Source: Adineta vaga
Taxonomy: Eukaryota > Animalia > Rotifera
Assembly (NCBI GenBank): GCA_021613535.1
Contig: CP075494.1
Coordinates: forward strand, 10,478,001 to 10,542,000
DNA length: 64,000 nucleotides
Direction: 5' to 3'
The notes beneath the pieces are model-generated. The model was not told the DNA's origin, did no database searches, and saw only the letters and a list, made by a program, of their open reading frames with translations. Made by a program: the position numbers and the translations under genes. This document shows, one piece after another, positions 13,934 through 27,712 of this stretch (positions are counted from its first letter, which is position 1; each line of letters starts with the position of its first letter).

Positions 13934-14455
13934 TTGTATATCTGTGTTGTATTCAAATCTAAAAGTGATACGTATAAAACTGGGAAGAAAAATGCATTTA
14001 TTTTAAATATATTGCTGACGGCAATGCTGACTAATCTGTTGTTATTCTTCGTCATTTTTTCCTCTTCTTGACGTACGTGCGTTTTATGACAATATAGAAG
14101 TTGGAGGAAAGAAAAGAGGGGTACGAGAGCAAACAGAACGAAACAAAAAAAAGGCAGTATTAAATTTTTCTCTAAGATTGTGGCATACGTTATAAAAAAA
14201 GGAAAGAATTTATGTTTTGCATACAGACATTGTTACTAAAGGGAAAATAAAGTGTGTGAATTTCCCATCTTACCATTTTAAAAAACTATACATCGTGAAT
14301 AATTGTTTGTCGAGATTTTAAATCTTAAATTAAAACAACACATTGAGAGAAAAAAAATAAAATCGGTGATGCTACTGAGCAATTTACACGTATTTTATTG
14401 TTTATAATTATATAAAACACAGAAAGTATCTATTCAAAAGAAGCAATTTTTCACA

Positions 14456-15522
14456 TCATCTATTTGTATATATTCGTTGGGAGAAAAGTTGTTGCTGTTG
14501 TTGTTGTTGTTGTTGTTTATAACAATATTGAAAAAAAGCTTGATCATTTGATGATTGCCAATGATATTGAGTAAAATTTGGATAATTGACATAGCCTCGT
14601 TTCATTGCTTCTCGTGGAATAATTTGAACTATAGCCCAAAATGTACTTTCTGGAGCAACAAGACGTTTATCAATTAAATATTCATATGGTACATAACAGT
14701 AGCCTTTATCACCCTAGAAGTAAAGAAATATTCGATATCTTTTCTTTTTTGAAAAATACAGTGCATTTACCCAGCTAGTACCCCATGAATTTCGAATGAT
14801 AAAATGTTGAGTATTATCATCATAGCCGACAACTAAACATGCATGATATCCTTCTTTAGCAGGAGGCTTTTTCGGTACTTCTATCCATCCTTGATTGTGA
14901 TAAGCATCATCAGAACTAAGTAAAATTCCTACTAGGACTGGTATTTCATGAGCAAGACATGTTCGAACACTATCAACATTGATTGGTATTTTAAGAGGAA
15001 TAATTGAACGACGTGCAGCTTCTTTATAAACAGTTCGTGGTGGAGGTCGCAAATATAAATTCCGATCATATGGCCATAAAGATTCTTTACAAAACCCATA
15101 TTGCTGTAGAGCTCTTATACCAGCTTCTCTTTGTGTACCAAAATTATCGCCCGGATCGTTGATATTAATGACAAATTGTTGTCGACGACGCCAATCAAGA
15201 TTTGCAAGACGTGCATTAAAATCAATAAATAATCGACTAACATCAAGTTTGAGACTAGCATAACGTTTATAAAGATATTCCAATGAACCTAAATAATAGA
15301 TTGATATGATATGATATGATTTATTTTCTATTCAATATTACCAGCAATAGCATTTGCAACACAACTACCCATATCACCCTGATCTTCAATTTCTGTCATA
15401 AATGGACGTAAATTAACACTCGGAGGTAGATTTACTCCATGACCAACTGACCATCGAAGTCTTTGTCGAAGTAAATCAACATTTCTCTTTTGTTGTGGAT
15501 ATGCGAACATTGATGGATTCAT
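14456..15522 (-). CDS. Papain-family (C1A) cysteine protease, xylellain/bacterial-type; 3 exons
   Basis: LPPSVNLR...IEDQGDMGSCVANA (catalytic Cys), GYHACLVVGYDD (His), IRNSWG (Asn). No signal peptide or I29 prodomain; poly-Q near the C-terminus. Confidence 0.88.
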
Positions 15523-17152
15523 TTTCACTATCAAGAGTAATCAAGCAATTACGCAATATGATATTGTAAGTTACAGTTATAGTTTTCGTTTTCCTATTTT
15601 GATTATGACCTTCGTATTTATGGAAAATAAGTTTTTTCCATCCCTAATTTACGAAACGGAACAAGGTACATATAATAGCATGAAGGATTATTTTTGTTCG
15701 ACGAACAAAACAGTCCTTTACAAATCAATTATTCAAAGAAAAACATTCTATGTTTTCAATATATCATTTATTGATTCAAATATAAAATTCAAAATAATAC
15801 ATAACGATAAAGTATCAATCCACTTATCATTGTCTACGATAAAGTCATGCCATATACATAATTATTTAATGTCATCTACAAATTAGTATTCATCTCTCAT
15901 CCTTCAATATAGAATAAAAAATAGATATTCATTCTTTCATGTTATATGTAAAAATATACGACATTTATTTGAATATTATACTAATGAAGAGAAGAATGAT
16001 ATTACTCTTCTCTAATAAAACACCAGCATTGTATTGAATGATGTCTTCATTGTAACAGAGAAGTATTTGATGCGATTGTTGTTTTCCGCAAAGTAATTGT
16101 AAGAAACTTACTAAGTCTTTTTGTCTAATGATCAGTAAGATGTAGATGATCATTCGGTTTTTTTTTCTTTCTTTCCCCTTGAGTAAGTCAAGGTCATTAT
16201 TCTAGTTGATTACAAAAAGTAATAAGAGCATGAAAAATAAATGAAAAATCAATAGTGACAAAATTCTAATTAATATTGGATAGATATAGAATAGAATTCA
16301 TTAGAAAATACGTTGTCAATTTATTGATCTATTCCATATGTACAAGAGAAGACGAGAAAAAGAGATGAAAATGATGACATACAATAAAAATAAATATAAT
16401 TTCTTCGTATCGTATGAAGTGTTCGAGGTCAACTAATCATAACGTAGTGACTTGAAGTAATAGGCATATTAACTCAACAATCGTAGTAATCATCGTAAAA
16501 GTTATTATGTTAAAGAATACTACGATGATATTGATCGGTCGTTTGTAAAAAAAAAAAGAAAAAGAATCATTATATGTCAATATCCATCCATACATATCCG
16601 ATTTCATTTTTCAGTTATTTTTTTTTTCATACGGCTGACAGATTTGTGTAAGCTGTAAGTAAACGATGATACTGATAGGAAAGATATTTAATCTATTTTC
16701 GTTTTCTTTTCCTCCCTTTTCTTTTTCTTGTAATTTATCTCTTTTGATGGAAACTTCCAATGACAATGATGAAGTGTATCTCTTCTTATTTACGCATCTT
16801 GTTGTTTCTCGTCTTTCTGATGGAAAATGACACATACACATCATGATAAAATAAACGTCGAAAGAAAGACAAATCATATACATATTTGCCTATACACTTT
16901 AACGACATTGTAAACGGAGGCACATGTAAATTGTATCTATCTATACTTTAATCGTAAGAAAACGAATTGATTGTTTGTTCAAAAAATACTTTTACTCTTC
17001 CCTTCTCTTTACTTACTAAGTCTCGATAGTCATTGTCCTCTATTGTTCTAATTAGTCTCCACCTTCAACACTTTCATAGAGAGAAAGAGAGAGAAGAACA
17101 TCACCTACATCTTTCTTTTCTTTTCTTCGAAACATGAACAAATCGAATAAGC

Positions 17153-18411
17153 ATGGCTTCAACACCATCACTAGAACAAAAACATTACTTATTTCAGATC
17201 AATCAACATGTTCAAGCATCTATAATGCTTTTATCAATAATGGACAGTGCAGAAATCGATTTAAATAACACTCTTCTCTCTTCATCTTCAATTTCATCAA
17301 CAGATTCGAATGATTATGAAAAAGGTTTTCTTATTTTAACAAAACTATGTCTTCCATCTCTTGAACAAATCATCTACGATTTTATAGATCTTCGATTAGC
17401 TGCTGAACTTGGTCGTTGTTTACTTGAACGTAATCATGAATTACAAAATTATATACAACATCTGCAAAAACAACTTGATGATAAACAATCTGATGCAAAA
17501 GTATGAATCTAAAGAGAAATTAACGATTTTCAAAGTAATTTCTTCATATAAATTTAGTTATTACATTCGAAATATCTTGCTGTTCGTGAACAACTTGACG
17601 CGAAATGTAAACACAATGAATTATTAGATGCAACAAATTTTGATCTCGAACAAGAACTTGCATTACAACGACATGAAAATGAAAAAAATCGACAACATGT
17701 TAAAGAGTAAAACGTCTTGCTATTATTTCCAATAAAAGAAATTAACTTTCTTTTAGATTATTTGATCTCTGTGAAAAAACACGAAAACAATGTCATGATA
17801 TCGAACATGAATATGGAACATTTCGTGCGAAACAATTTTCATCGTATTTTCATTCGAAACAGATTAATTCTCCTTATCAAACTTCCATTTTTTCTACACC
17901 GATCTCCAGTAAACGACAACGATCCAATTCGTTTAGTTTAAAACCATTACCTAATTCGCCTACATCGATTATTTCACCTGTATCTCCAAATCTATTCGAT
18001 GCTTCTAATACATCGGTTTTTAAATCACATCTCACTGATTTGAAATCTCGTATTAATTCATTAACAATTGAATGTTCAACTTTAAACGATCAACTTTTTC
18101 AATCTGAACAAGAAAAACATTATTTAATTGATCGTATTAATCAATTGGAACGACAACATCGTGATGATAATGATTCACTTCAAAATGAAATCAATTCCTA
18201 TCGAAAATTATTAGATAAATATTCTCAAGATACAACCAAATCATTATTATCCAATGTTTATTCACCACCGGAACATGATCTTTCATTATATGATGAAGTT
18301 TCTCTCGAAAATAAACGATCAAAATCTTCGTACGAACCAACAAATTATAAAGATTTATTTGCAGGTGTTTATGATAAATTAAAAACGAACGTTAAGACCA
18401 TCGATCATTAA
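17153..18411 (+). CDS. Coiled-coil protein of the CDR2/BICDR/HAP1-N type (start may be 17239)
   Basis: DLRLAAELGRCLLERNHEL (CC1-box-like) followed by long heptad repeats over 4 exons. Confidence 0.7.
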
Positions 18412-18964
18412 TTGTATATTATCTGTCTGTATGTTTCTAATATTTGAATTTTTCTCTTTGTAAAATGCGTTTGTTCGCAATCTCGTACATATTGTCTTTC
18501 TTTTCTTTTAATATCAGTATGATTTCAATGTGTGCGTATATTTGTAGCTTTTCCTCTTCTTCTTCTTCTTTTTTTTCTTCTGTTCAACCGTTGTAGTTAA
18601 TTCTTTCTAATCAGATGCTTGAAATGAATAACAAATACTTTGTAATTAAATATGTTGTTGGTAAGAAGATATGGAATCACATTGAGAAGGTAAAACAGAT
18701 TAATTAGAATGACAACCTTGAGATTCTCGTGGAAATAATTGATTACGACCAATTAGATATCATTTGCATGAAGTATGTTAGAAATGGATTGATTTTCTAC
18801 GAGTGAAATCTCACTTTTGCTATGTAATATTGCCTCTTTTTTTTTCAAATAGAAGAGAATAAACGAAAATTCGTCACAAATAATCATAAAAATATCTCTT
18901 ATCTTACTGATAGTCTCATTTCACCTTTGCAAATTCCTTAGCACAAATAAATAAATAACTGACT

Positions 18965-19657
18965 ATGACAAACTTTATATACATACAATATCTAATTCTA
19001 TTCCTTAATACTGTCAATTCATTGAATTGTAACTTACCATCATTTGAAAATCTGAATGTTCAATCTGATTTCGATTTAAAACAATTTTTGGGTATTTGGT
19101 ATGAAATCAAATGGTTACCAAGCGAACCACATAATGAATCGGATATTTGGCGAGATTATTATCAATCATTTCAATTAGAAGATTCTTCATCACATACTCT
19201 TCAAGTACCAGGTAAAGCACGTTTATTAAATCAAGAGAAATGCTTTTCATTCGGTCCGTGGACTATCATTGCAAATAATAGTGCGAAAATGATTGTACAA
19301 AAGAAAAGTCTCAATACACAAACATTCCTTAATTGGCCTTATTACATATTACAAACTGATTACAAAAATTATGCATTGATCTATGCTTGCACTTCTGAGA
19401 ATTATACACTTTCTAATCCATGTCTACATCCTGCTGTATGGGTATTTAGTCGAACAACGACATTATCGACTGTTTATATGACAGAAGTTGATGATTATAT
19501 GACAAACATTTTATGTATTAATCTAACTGAACTTGAAATCACTCCACATGATGGAGAAGCATGTTATTCATTATCGAATATCTGTGATAAAAATTTAGTT
19601 CTATTGATATTTTTATTTTTAACATCCATTATAAAGAAAGAAAGAGAATTTATATAA
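18965..19657 (+). CDS. Lipocalin (ApoD/Lazarillo/RBP-like), secreted; intronless
   Basis: Signal peptide, SCR1 FDLKQFLGIWYEI, SCR2 ILQTDYKNYALIYAC, SCR3 VWVFSR, hydrophobic C-terminal tail. Confidence 0.9.
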   Translation: MTNFIYIQYLILFLNTVNSLNCNLPSFENLNVQSDFDLKQFLGIWYEIKWLPSEPHNESDIWRDYYQSFQLEDSSSHTLQVPGKARLLNQEKCFSFGPWTIIANNSAKMIVQKKSLNTQTFLNWPYYILQTDYKNYALIYACTSENYTLSNPCLHPAVWVFSRTTTLSTVYMTEVDDYMTNILCINLTELEITPHDGEACYSLSNICDKNLVLLIFLFLTSIIKKEREFI

Positions 19658-19699
19658 ATCGAATAACAAATAAACGTACATTGGAGATTTTATGTGTTT

Positions 19700-20127
19700 C
19701 TATTCGTCAACTTTTGTACGAAGTGAATGTGATTCTCGTTTAAGTACCTACAAATAAAATACTTGCAAATTTGGCAATAAATAATTATCTTACATTTAGT
19801 AATGTTTGTGAACTTTCAAGAATTTTCATATACGCTGCCTCTGTTTCACTGATTGTTCGATCAAATTCTGTTCTTGCTGTTATCTTTTTAGCTAAATTTT
19901 CGTTAATTTTAGCGAGTTTTTCACTTGATATACGAATTTCATTTTCTAATTTATGTTTATCTTCCTCTTCAATTAAAATCTGACGTTGTAATTCATCACG
20001 CTTTCCACATAGATCTTCAATACCTATATAACACTAAGTTCGATAGATAAAAGAAATTATTCGAAAAAAACAAACATTTCACTAATTCATTGTTATAATT
20101 TTGAAGCGCTGCGCCTTGTTGAGACAT
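19700..20127 (-). CDS. SSNA1: Sjogren syndrome nuclear autoantigen 1 (NA14/DIP13); 3 exons; absent from ORF track
   Basis: [16 protein letters not shown]...[15 protein letters not shown]...[32 protein letters not shown]. Confidence 0.93.
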
Positions 20128-20360
20128 GTTCGAATGCTCGTCCGAAAAATTTCTCTTTCTTTCAATTCCATGGCAATATACACAATGGATGACTACTCCT
20201 TACAACAAACTGCATTCAGATAAGTCACTTAAGCATTTGATCAACTTTGGTAAAGTATGGACGAAAAATTCTTGATGATTTTGTCAATAATATAAAAGAA
20301 AGAGAAAAAGGAAGAAAAATCTTCTTTCTCTTCTTCTTCTTGGCAGACTAATTGTTAGGT

Positions 20361-22131
20361 ATGGGGGCTATCTACTCGTTTTTCTTTCGTTAGTCGACTA
20401 CTACCAATAATGCCGAGCCATCATCACCACCTCCACGTCAACTCTATTCTTGGTTAGAACGTTTACTCTAATTGATGGACATGTCATTCTTCAGTTATTC
20501 TTTTACAGGGAAACTGCCGAACGAGCAGCAATTAGAAAAGAAGATTTCATTCTTGATAAACTAAAAGATCAAACAATCTATCGTTTACCAGGTTCAGTTA
20601 ATGGTCAACAATTCATCAGTAAGATAAATAATTTCTTTATGATTATTTAATTTTAAAAAAATACGATTTATTTCAGTTCAAAATTGCGATGTAAGTTCAA
20701 TGGAAATCACTCTCGATTTCATTTCATTATTATCTCATAGAATTGCACAATCTATGTGTTCGATTACACCGATTGTGTTCAAATTGATGATTGCACAAAT
20801 TGTCGTATTTTTATTGGTGCAGTTCGTGGAAGGTAATTCTTTATTTCCTTGGAAGAAAAGATTATGTTCTGTTTTTAGTATTTTCATTCGAGATTCAATT
20901 AATTGTGTCTTAGCAACGAGTTGTCAACAATTTCGTACACGAGATTGTCGTGATACATATGTTTATTTATCATGTTCAAGTCAACCAGTTATTGAATCAT
21001 CACATAATATTATATTTGGATGTTTAACAATGAATTATAAAAATTTAGCTGGTAAGATCATAAAAGAAGAATTATTTATTCGTATGAATGAGTATTATAG
21101 ATCAATATAAATCAGCTGGGATCAGTCCATGGAATAATAATTGGAGTAATAATCATGATTTTACGTCAGTTCCCGATGGAAAGAACTATTCATTACTTGA
21201 TAAAGTAATTGTTTGTTTTCACAATAACAAAAAAATATATTGTTCTCTTTTTCCATGGAATTCTTCTAGGATGATCATGTTTTCAAACATTTACCCATTC
21301 CAACTGATCCATCTTGTGCTGATTTAAACATCAACGATGATGTTGATGCAAGTGTTACACCATATACATATGGTGAATCATATCAGAATAAAAATGAAGA
21401 AGTAAGAACTTGATAATTTCCCTTGAGTAGATTATGGCATTCAATATTAATAGAAGAGATTTAATACTATTTCCTTTTCGTTTAAAATTTGAATAGAACT
21501 ATTTGTATACTTATTTCTATTCGAATAAACTGACTGTAATGAAAAGAGTACCGACAACAATAAGAGGATTAACATTGAAGACGAATTAGATTCTAATTAT
21601 TTTTCTTTGATCTTTATAGAAGAGAAATGAAAGGTTTTTATTTGATTTTTAGCGTTGTTTGGTCATATTTTTTCATGATCCAAATGCAGATGCTTGTGCA
21701 CGTGCATTGATTGCATCAATAAAACAATCTAATGTTTGTATTTCGAAATCTCTACATTGTCTCATTGAATATCTTATTATTGAATATAGATTATACTTGT
21801 ACAAAGTAAATCATATACAATCGATGATACAAGTGTCGCACGACTTTTTGGCGAAGATCAGAAATATCATGCATTAGCTGGAAAAGGTCCAGTTATTGGA
21901 TTGGAATTATCAGGTTCAAATTGTATATCTATTTGTCAAGAAGCACTTCGAAATTTAATTGCAACAAAATATCCAAATTTACCTCGTAAGTTTAGAATAA
22001 TTAATCAGCATTAAAATTCAATTGAGTGATCTTTATTTTCATCTGTAGATTTTATCAGTGAATCAGCTGCTGTTGTTCCTGGTCAACTTGACAAATTCTA
22101 TAATTTTGCTAGTATGCAAATGTTTGCATAA
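20361..22131 (+). CDS. RP2: Protein XRP2 (TBCC beta-helix plus NDK-like domain); start uncertain
   Basis: YSW..., [33 protein letters not shown]...CQQFRTRDC...SQPVIESS, C-terminal FYNFASMQM. In-frame TAG at codon 11 after the apparent ATG. Confidence 0.88.
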
Positions 22132-22272
22132 GAATTTTCATTGAATTGAATGTAATCAAGAGAATGTTCATTTTATCATTGAAAAAATTAATAATGAAAT
22201 CCGTCCATTGAATGATTGCTTTTACGAAGATCTGTTTTCTTTTTTTTTTGTAGATTATCTAAAGATGAAAGA

Positions 22273-24515
22273 ATGAATGCAGCTAGTTTAACACCAACTG
22301 ATAAACTGACTTCATCAGGTGATTATCGACAATCAAGTGAAAATAATGGCCATAATGATGAGGAAAGACTCGTACAAGAATTTGGACATCTTTTAGAAAA
22401 ATCGAAACAATTATTCAATGGATTAAGGTATTTTTAATGAGATCTTTCTCAATATTGAACTATGTTTTCTTTTCTTTCAGAGACCTTCCACAATATGGAC
22501 ATAAACAATGGCAACCGTATTTTGGACGAACATTTGATATTTATACGAAATTATGGAAATTTCAACAACAACATAGGTAAATCATCTATGTTTGTAATGA
22601 ATTTTATTTGATTTTTGTTCTTTTAGAATTCTTCTCGATAAAAATTTTGGTTTAAAACGTTGGCAAATCGGTGAAATAGCTTCGAAAATTGGTCAACTTT
22701 ATTATCATTTTTATATTCGTACATCGGAAACGAATTATTTAAATGAAGCATTTGCTTTCTATTCAGCAATACGTACACGTGCCTATTATTCGAAAGTAAA
22801 TCGAGAAGAAAAACCAGATTTAATGGTGAAAAAATTACGTTATTATGCACGATTTATTGTTGTTTGTCTTCTTTTGAAAAAAACAAAAATCATGCGTGAA
22901 TTAGTACGAGAATTAAATAGACAAATTGATGAATATGTTAAAGCATATGATCCAGATGATAGTCTTGAATGGCAATTAGTTTTAAATGAAATCTCATCAT
23001 TTATTGATATTGATAATCAATTAAATATCGATGGAACATCAACGACATTATCCTATCGATTAAATCAATCGTTAATACCATCATTACCGATGAATGCAGA
23101 GCAAATTTTAGCAAATATTCCATCATTTTCATTGGAAGAGATTCTCATCATTGGAAATTATCAAGATCAAATTAAATTCAGTGAATGTAAGTTCGAAAAC
23201 GTCTCTTCAATAATAATTACCATTGTATTATGTTTGTTTGTTTTTTGCTTTAGTAACAATTGATATGTATCGAATGTTACAAGCTGTGGAAAGACAACCG
23301 AATGAATCGACATCATCTTTAGATGATCGAGCAACAACTCAATCACCATCTAGTTATCATAAGGATATTTTAGTAAGAATATCACGATTTTCAAGAAATT
23401 TATTTTATATTCAAATTTAGAATCTATCGGATAATGGAACAACAAATCGTTCAAATCCACATAAATATCTTCTTTATAAACCAACATTCAGTCAAATTTA
23501 TGCATTTACTGCATCTGCTTTTAAAGAATTACCTACGAACGGTGCTTTACTTCTCTACATCTCAGCCGATGGTTATGATACACATTTAAAAACGAAAAAT
23601 GATCATGGTTATGATTTCGGTGGTTTAAAAACCAACAATCGACGTGAAGATACGATTGAAAATTCGAATTCACCTGCGAATACTCTAACAAAAAAATCGT
23701 CTTCAATAACTTCTCAAAAAGATATCCATAATATCTTTCCCGGAGATTTATATCCATTCTTACGCAAACCATTATTTTTAATTATTGACAGTAATAATAG
23801 TCTTGTATTTCAACATATGCCAAATTTATTTCATCAACCATTTATTTCTTTACTTTCACCTGTGAAGTTACCAGCTGCATTTCATGGTAAGAGATTCTTT
23901 CTTTTTTTTTCTAATAGAATTTTTCAATTGTATTTTTGAAAAAACAAAAACAACAACTAGATTATCAAAATAAAGGAAGTTTATTTACATTATTTTTATC
24001 TTCGCCGACATTTGCATTTTGTTTTGTTTGCCATTTAAATGATTTAACAAGTGAACAATGGAATTTATGTCAAGAAAATGTTAATAAAATTCTTTTGGAA
24101 ATTACGAGAAATTTCTTCAAATCGAAACTTGTTGGTAGGATTTGCATAAAAATTCTTTTGTTATAGAATTAATCATGTTCCGTATTTTTTTAGATCAGAC
24201 AATCTATTATTTTTTAAATGATGAATTCTTACGATTATTTCTTGCACGATTTGTTTTTTGTTATGCTGTTCTACGATTACATCGAGCATTTAAGGTAATT
24301 GAATCGATTCAATTGATAAATTTACTATTCATTTTGAAATCAATATCTAGGGTTCAGGATTTTATCCATCGTCTCAACCACAATTATCAAATGATCTTCT
24401 TGAAAATGTTCAAGTACATAAAATGATCTTAGAATTATCGGCATTATTGAATGTTCGTCAATTATTTCTCGAAGGACCACTTATTCCTGGAGAATCATCT
24501 CATCAACAAATATAA
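22273..24515 (+). CDS. SCAI: Suppressor of cancer cell invasion (SCAI, DUF3550); multi-exon
   Basis: EFGHLLEKSKQLFNGLRDLPQYGHKQWQPYFGRTFDIYTKLWKFQQQHR, KKLRYYARFIVVCLLL, NPHKYLLYKPT, GSLFTLFL. Confidence 0.94.
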
Positions 24516-25751
24516 TCAATCTAGTCATTCTTACTCGCGAAAGATCTCATTAATCTTTACTAAATTTTCTGGTCTTTCAAAGCAAACTTTTCGACGTATA
24601 TAACCACACTTGATTTCTCTTTGGTATGGTTATGTGAATGTGTGCAATGGTATTTTTGAATTATCTATACAAATGTAGTCATCTCTTTACTTACTTTAGT
24701 TTCTTTCTTTCTCTTTTTAATGAATATTTAATCGTGTTTGCGGTGTGCAAATACTGTACGTTCTCTCCGTAAACGAAATCCTTTGTACGTTTGTGTGGAA
24801 TATTTCTATGTTTTTCTTTTCTCTTCTTCTTTTCACACGAAACAAAATCAATAATTATAGAAAATAGACTAATAACTCACTAGAATTAAACTGTTAACAG
24901 GAATGTTCTATGGTTTTATGGTTTGTGAAATTGATCTTGTCAAGGAAAATCAGATTATTTAATCTATCAAGTAGATTTAACTACTGAAAGAACGACAAGA
25001 ATTATCTCATTAGTCGACATTGAATGAATGATGATAGTATAAATAGTAATATCCAATTTAATGCAATCATAATTTAAGCTATTTTCTTAATAATTGTGTA
25101 CTTCTCGGACCAAGTATTGATGCTTTGTGGCTGATTCATTATTATCGACCGGAGTTTGTCTTATTTTTCTAGCCAAATATGTTTTTATTTTGTAGAGGAA
25201 ATCGTACTGTTAGTCTACAGATCTAAACACAGATTTACGAGAGAAGATAGATCGTCTGCTAGTTTCAAAATAATCGATAAATATTGTCAGAGAGAAACAA
25301 TACAGAATTGAATACTTCAAATCATGTGGTGTTTTTTTCTTATGATTGGACAGAAATTATTGAAGAAATGAGAAAAAAACTACTCACTAGTATAAAACCT
25401 TGCCAATAAATGACACATTTTAGAAGATTAAGGTTAGCTGTCATTTGAGAAAGTGTGTTCAACATTGACAGTACCTATAAAGATCAACTGCGAATCAAGC
25501 AATATAAAAAAGGGCACATCCAGATGTGAAGTAAGCATCGATATCGCGGAATTCAAAATAATTAATGAATTATTTACGTTATAAAACTATTTGGAGGTCT
25601 GTCAGTAAGAAATAATTAGTCAAGTTGATTATTGTTATAATTATCAGGTAATTGAATGACTCTACAAATTTGTATTACGTAAATATGACCATGATGTGGT
25701 TTTTCTTGCAGAAATAGGCTCTCGACTTTAATGGGAAAAGGTTGAGAGGAG

Positions 25752-25988
25752 TGTAACGGTATCTAACGCCATAGTTCGTTTTAGTCTTGTTGCTTCGTTT
25801 TGTTCGTGTATTGTTCTCTCTTATTCAATGTCTTCGTGCGCTTTCTCATTGTGCTCATAGACGTGTCTGGTATATATATATATATATATATATACGTCTG
25901 TCTATGTGCAGAAGTGAATGGTTTTAGTACGTTAGAAAATCTAGTCTTAGTATTCGTGTTCTTGTTCTGATCTTGATTGATTGCTACA
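25752..25988 (+). mobile_element. Possible LTR remnant (3' LTR preceded by a purine-rich tract)
   Basis: TGTAAC...GCTACA termini with a central (TA)n, directly preceded by aatgggaaaaggttgagaggag. No TSD and no partner LTR seen. Confidence 0.4.
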
Positions 25989-27712
25989 CATATATATATA
26001 TATATATATGAATAGATACACATTTCTAATTGTATTTATATGAAATTCAATATAGCATGAAACAATAGTTAATATCATTCGTGATACAATCATTATACAA
26101 ATTCAACACGTATATTTTATATTACTGATTATTCTCTTACATTAATAAGAAAATAAATTATTTGTTAAGTTATTTCTTATATATATATTATATGGATTAG
26201 AAGTGAAAATTTATTTGGTTTGATTAATACAATGATTTATTTATAATCGATAGATATCTGTTCCTGGTATTCGTATATTCCAGGTAAAATTTACAGTAAT
26301 TTAGTAAAAATAAAACATTTTTATTTTTATTTGTTGAATGAATAGAATGATGAAAATATCATTACAATTTATGGTTCAGACGATATTATTTGATCAAGTT
26401 TAATATGGGAAGAAATTTTTAATTATCAATGAAATTATAATTTTTGTTAAATGCCAATTGTGACTTATGTCTCTCATCACTTTTCAATCTGACATTGTCA
26501 AAGTCATATTTCATTAATATTTCTTGAGGGTGGATGTGGGTGTGAACATCTTTCATTTATCTAAACTCTCACCTTTTATTCATATCGAAGAAAACACGGT
26601 TCTTCATTACCTAATCTATGCTTCGAAGTATTTCAGTAGGGTGAGGATGTGAATACTTCTCTCACCCACACCCTCAACATCAATCACCAATACAGATGTC
26701 AAATATGCACTATGATTTAACAAAATGTTGCTGAACTGACCTGTAAAAGTTCCAAATGTATATCGTGCATTGAAATCCAACAAGAGTAATTATATTTTCA
26801 TTTGTAATATTGCATTGTTTTTTATTTTTTTGAAATAGGAAGTTATGCCGGCAAAACAATGTGTCAACTCGGCGCGGTTGTGCAATGTGCTTGAAAAAGA
26901 GAATGCTGAATTTCAACTCAATGAATTTTTGAGCAGCAGTATTTATTCCAACATGTTCGAAATGATGTCATTTGAATAAAATACACAGATGTATGTGTGC
27001 TTGCTGTTTTCTTTCGTTTAAAGATAATTATCATATTTTGTAATTTCAAAATATAATAAATCATTTAACACACAATGATGTAAGCTTCCTTTTCTTTCAC
27101 GTAAACTAAGAGTTGGAAATTACCAATAAGCGGGTTATATATTTCTCTCTCTTCGCTCTATATTGCTATGAAATAGGGTGAAAATAGTTATTTAAAGGCG
27201 AGCTTCAAGGACATTTTGTATATACCATTAGGTACGATTTTAATTTCATCGCAGATATTCTACATAATCTTTAACTGAGGGTGTGCTAATGGTAAAGTAT
27301 GCCAGAGTACAAAGTATGCTTATTAAGAAAGTTTGAAAATGGTCATATACATCTTCTTTATGACTAATTAATTAACATTGAATGAGAAATAGAGGCGATA
27401 AATATAGTGGTAAGACTTACTAAAGTACGACTTTGTTGCAACCACGCGAATATCTTTCCTCGTTATTTTCTTTTTTGTCGTTTTCTGTTTATCGTAACTA
27501 TGCGCGAAGGAAAGAGCAAGAAAGGCAAAGAAAAGCATTTTTATATGATATAAGCTGCATAGTAGTGTTAAACTTGAAACTTGAATCCAATTTAAGCACA
27601 AAGTTTCATTCGAAATCAGCTTTTGAGTTTCGATTCAAGTTTCAAATGAACTTTCCTGGCTAAAAATCCTCGGTAGCACCCTCACTATTGCCTTCGTTCT
27701 CATCACCCTTAC

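Noticed and set aside
13538-14071. Trp/Val-rich plus-strand ORFs
   Set aside because: Antisense shadows of the Pro/Gln-rich annexin N-terminus.
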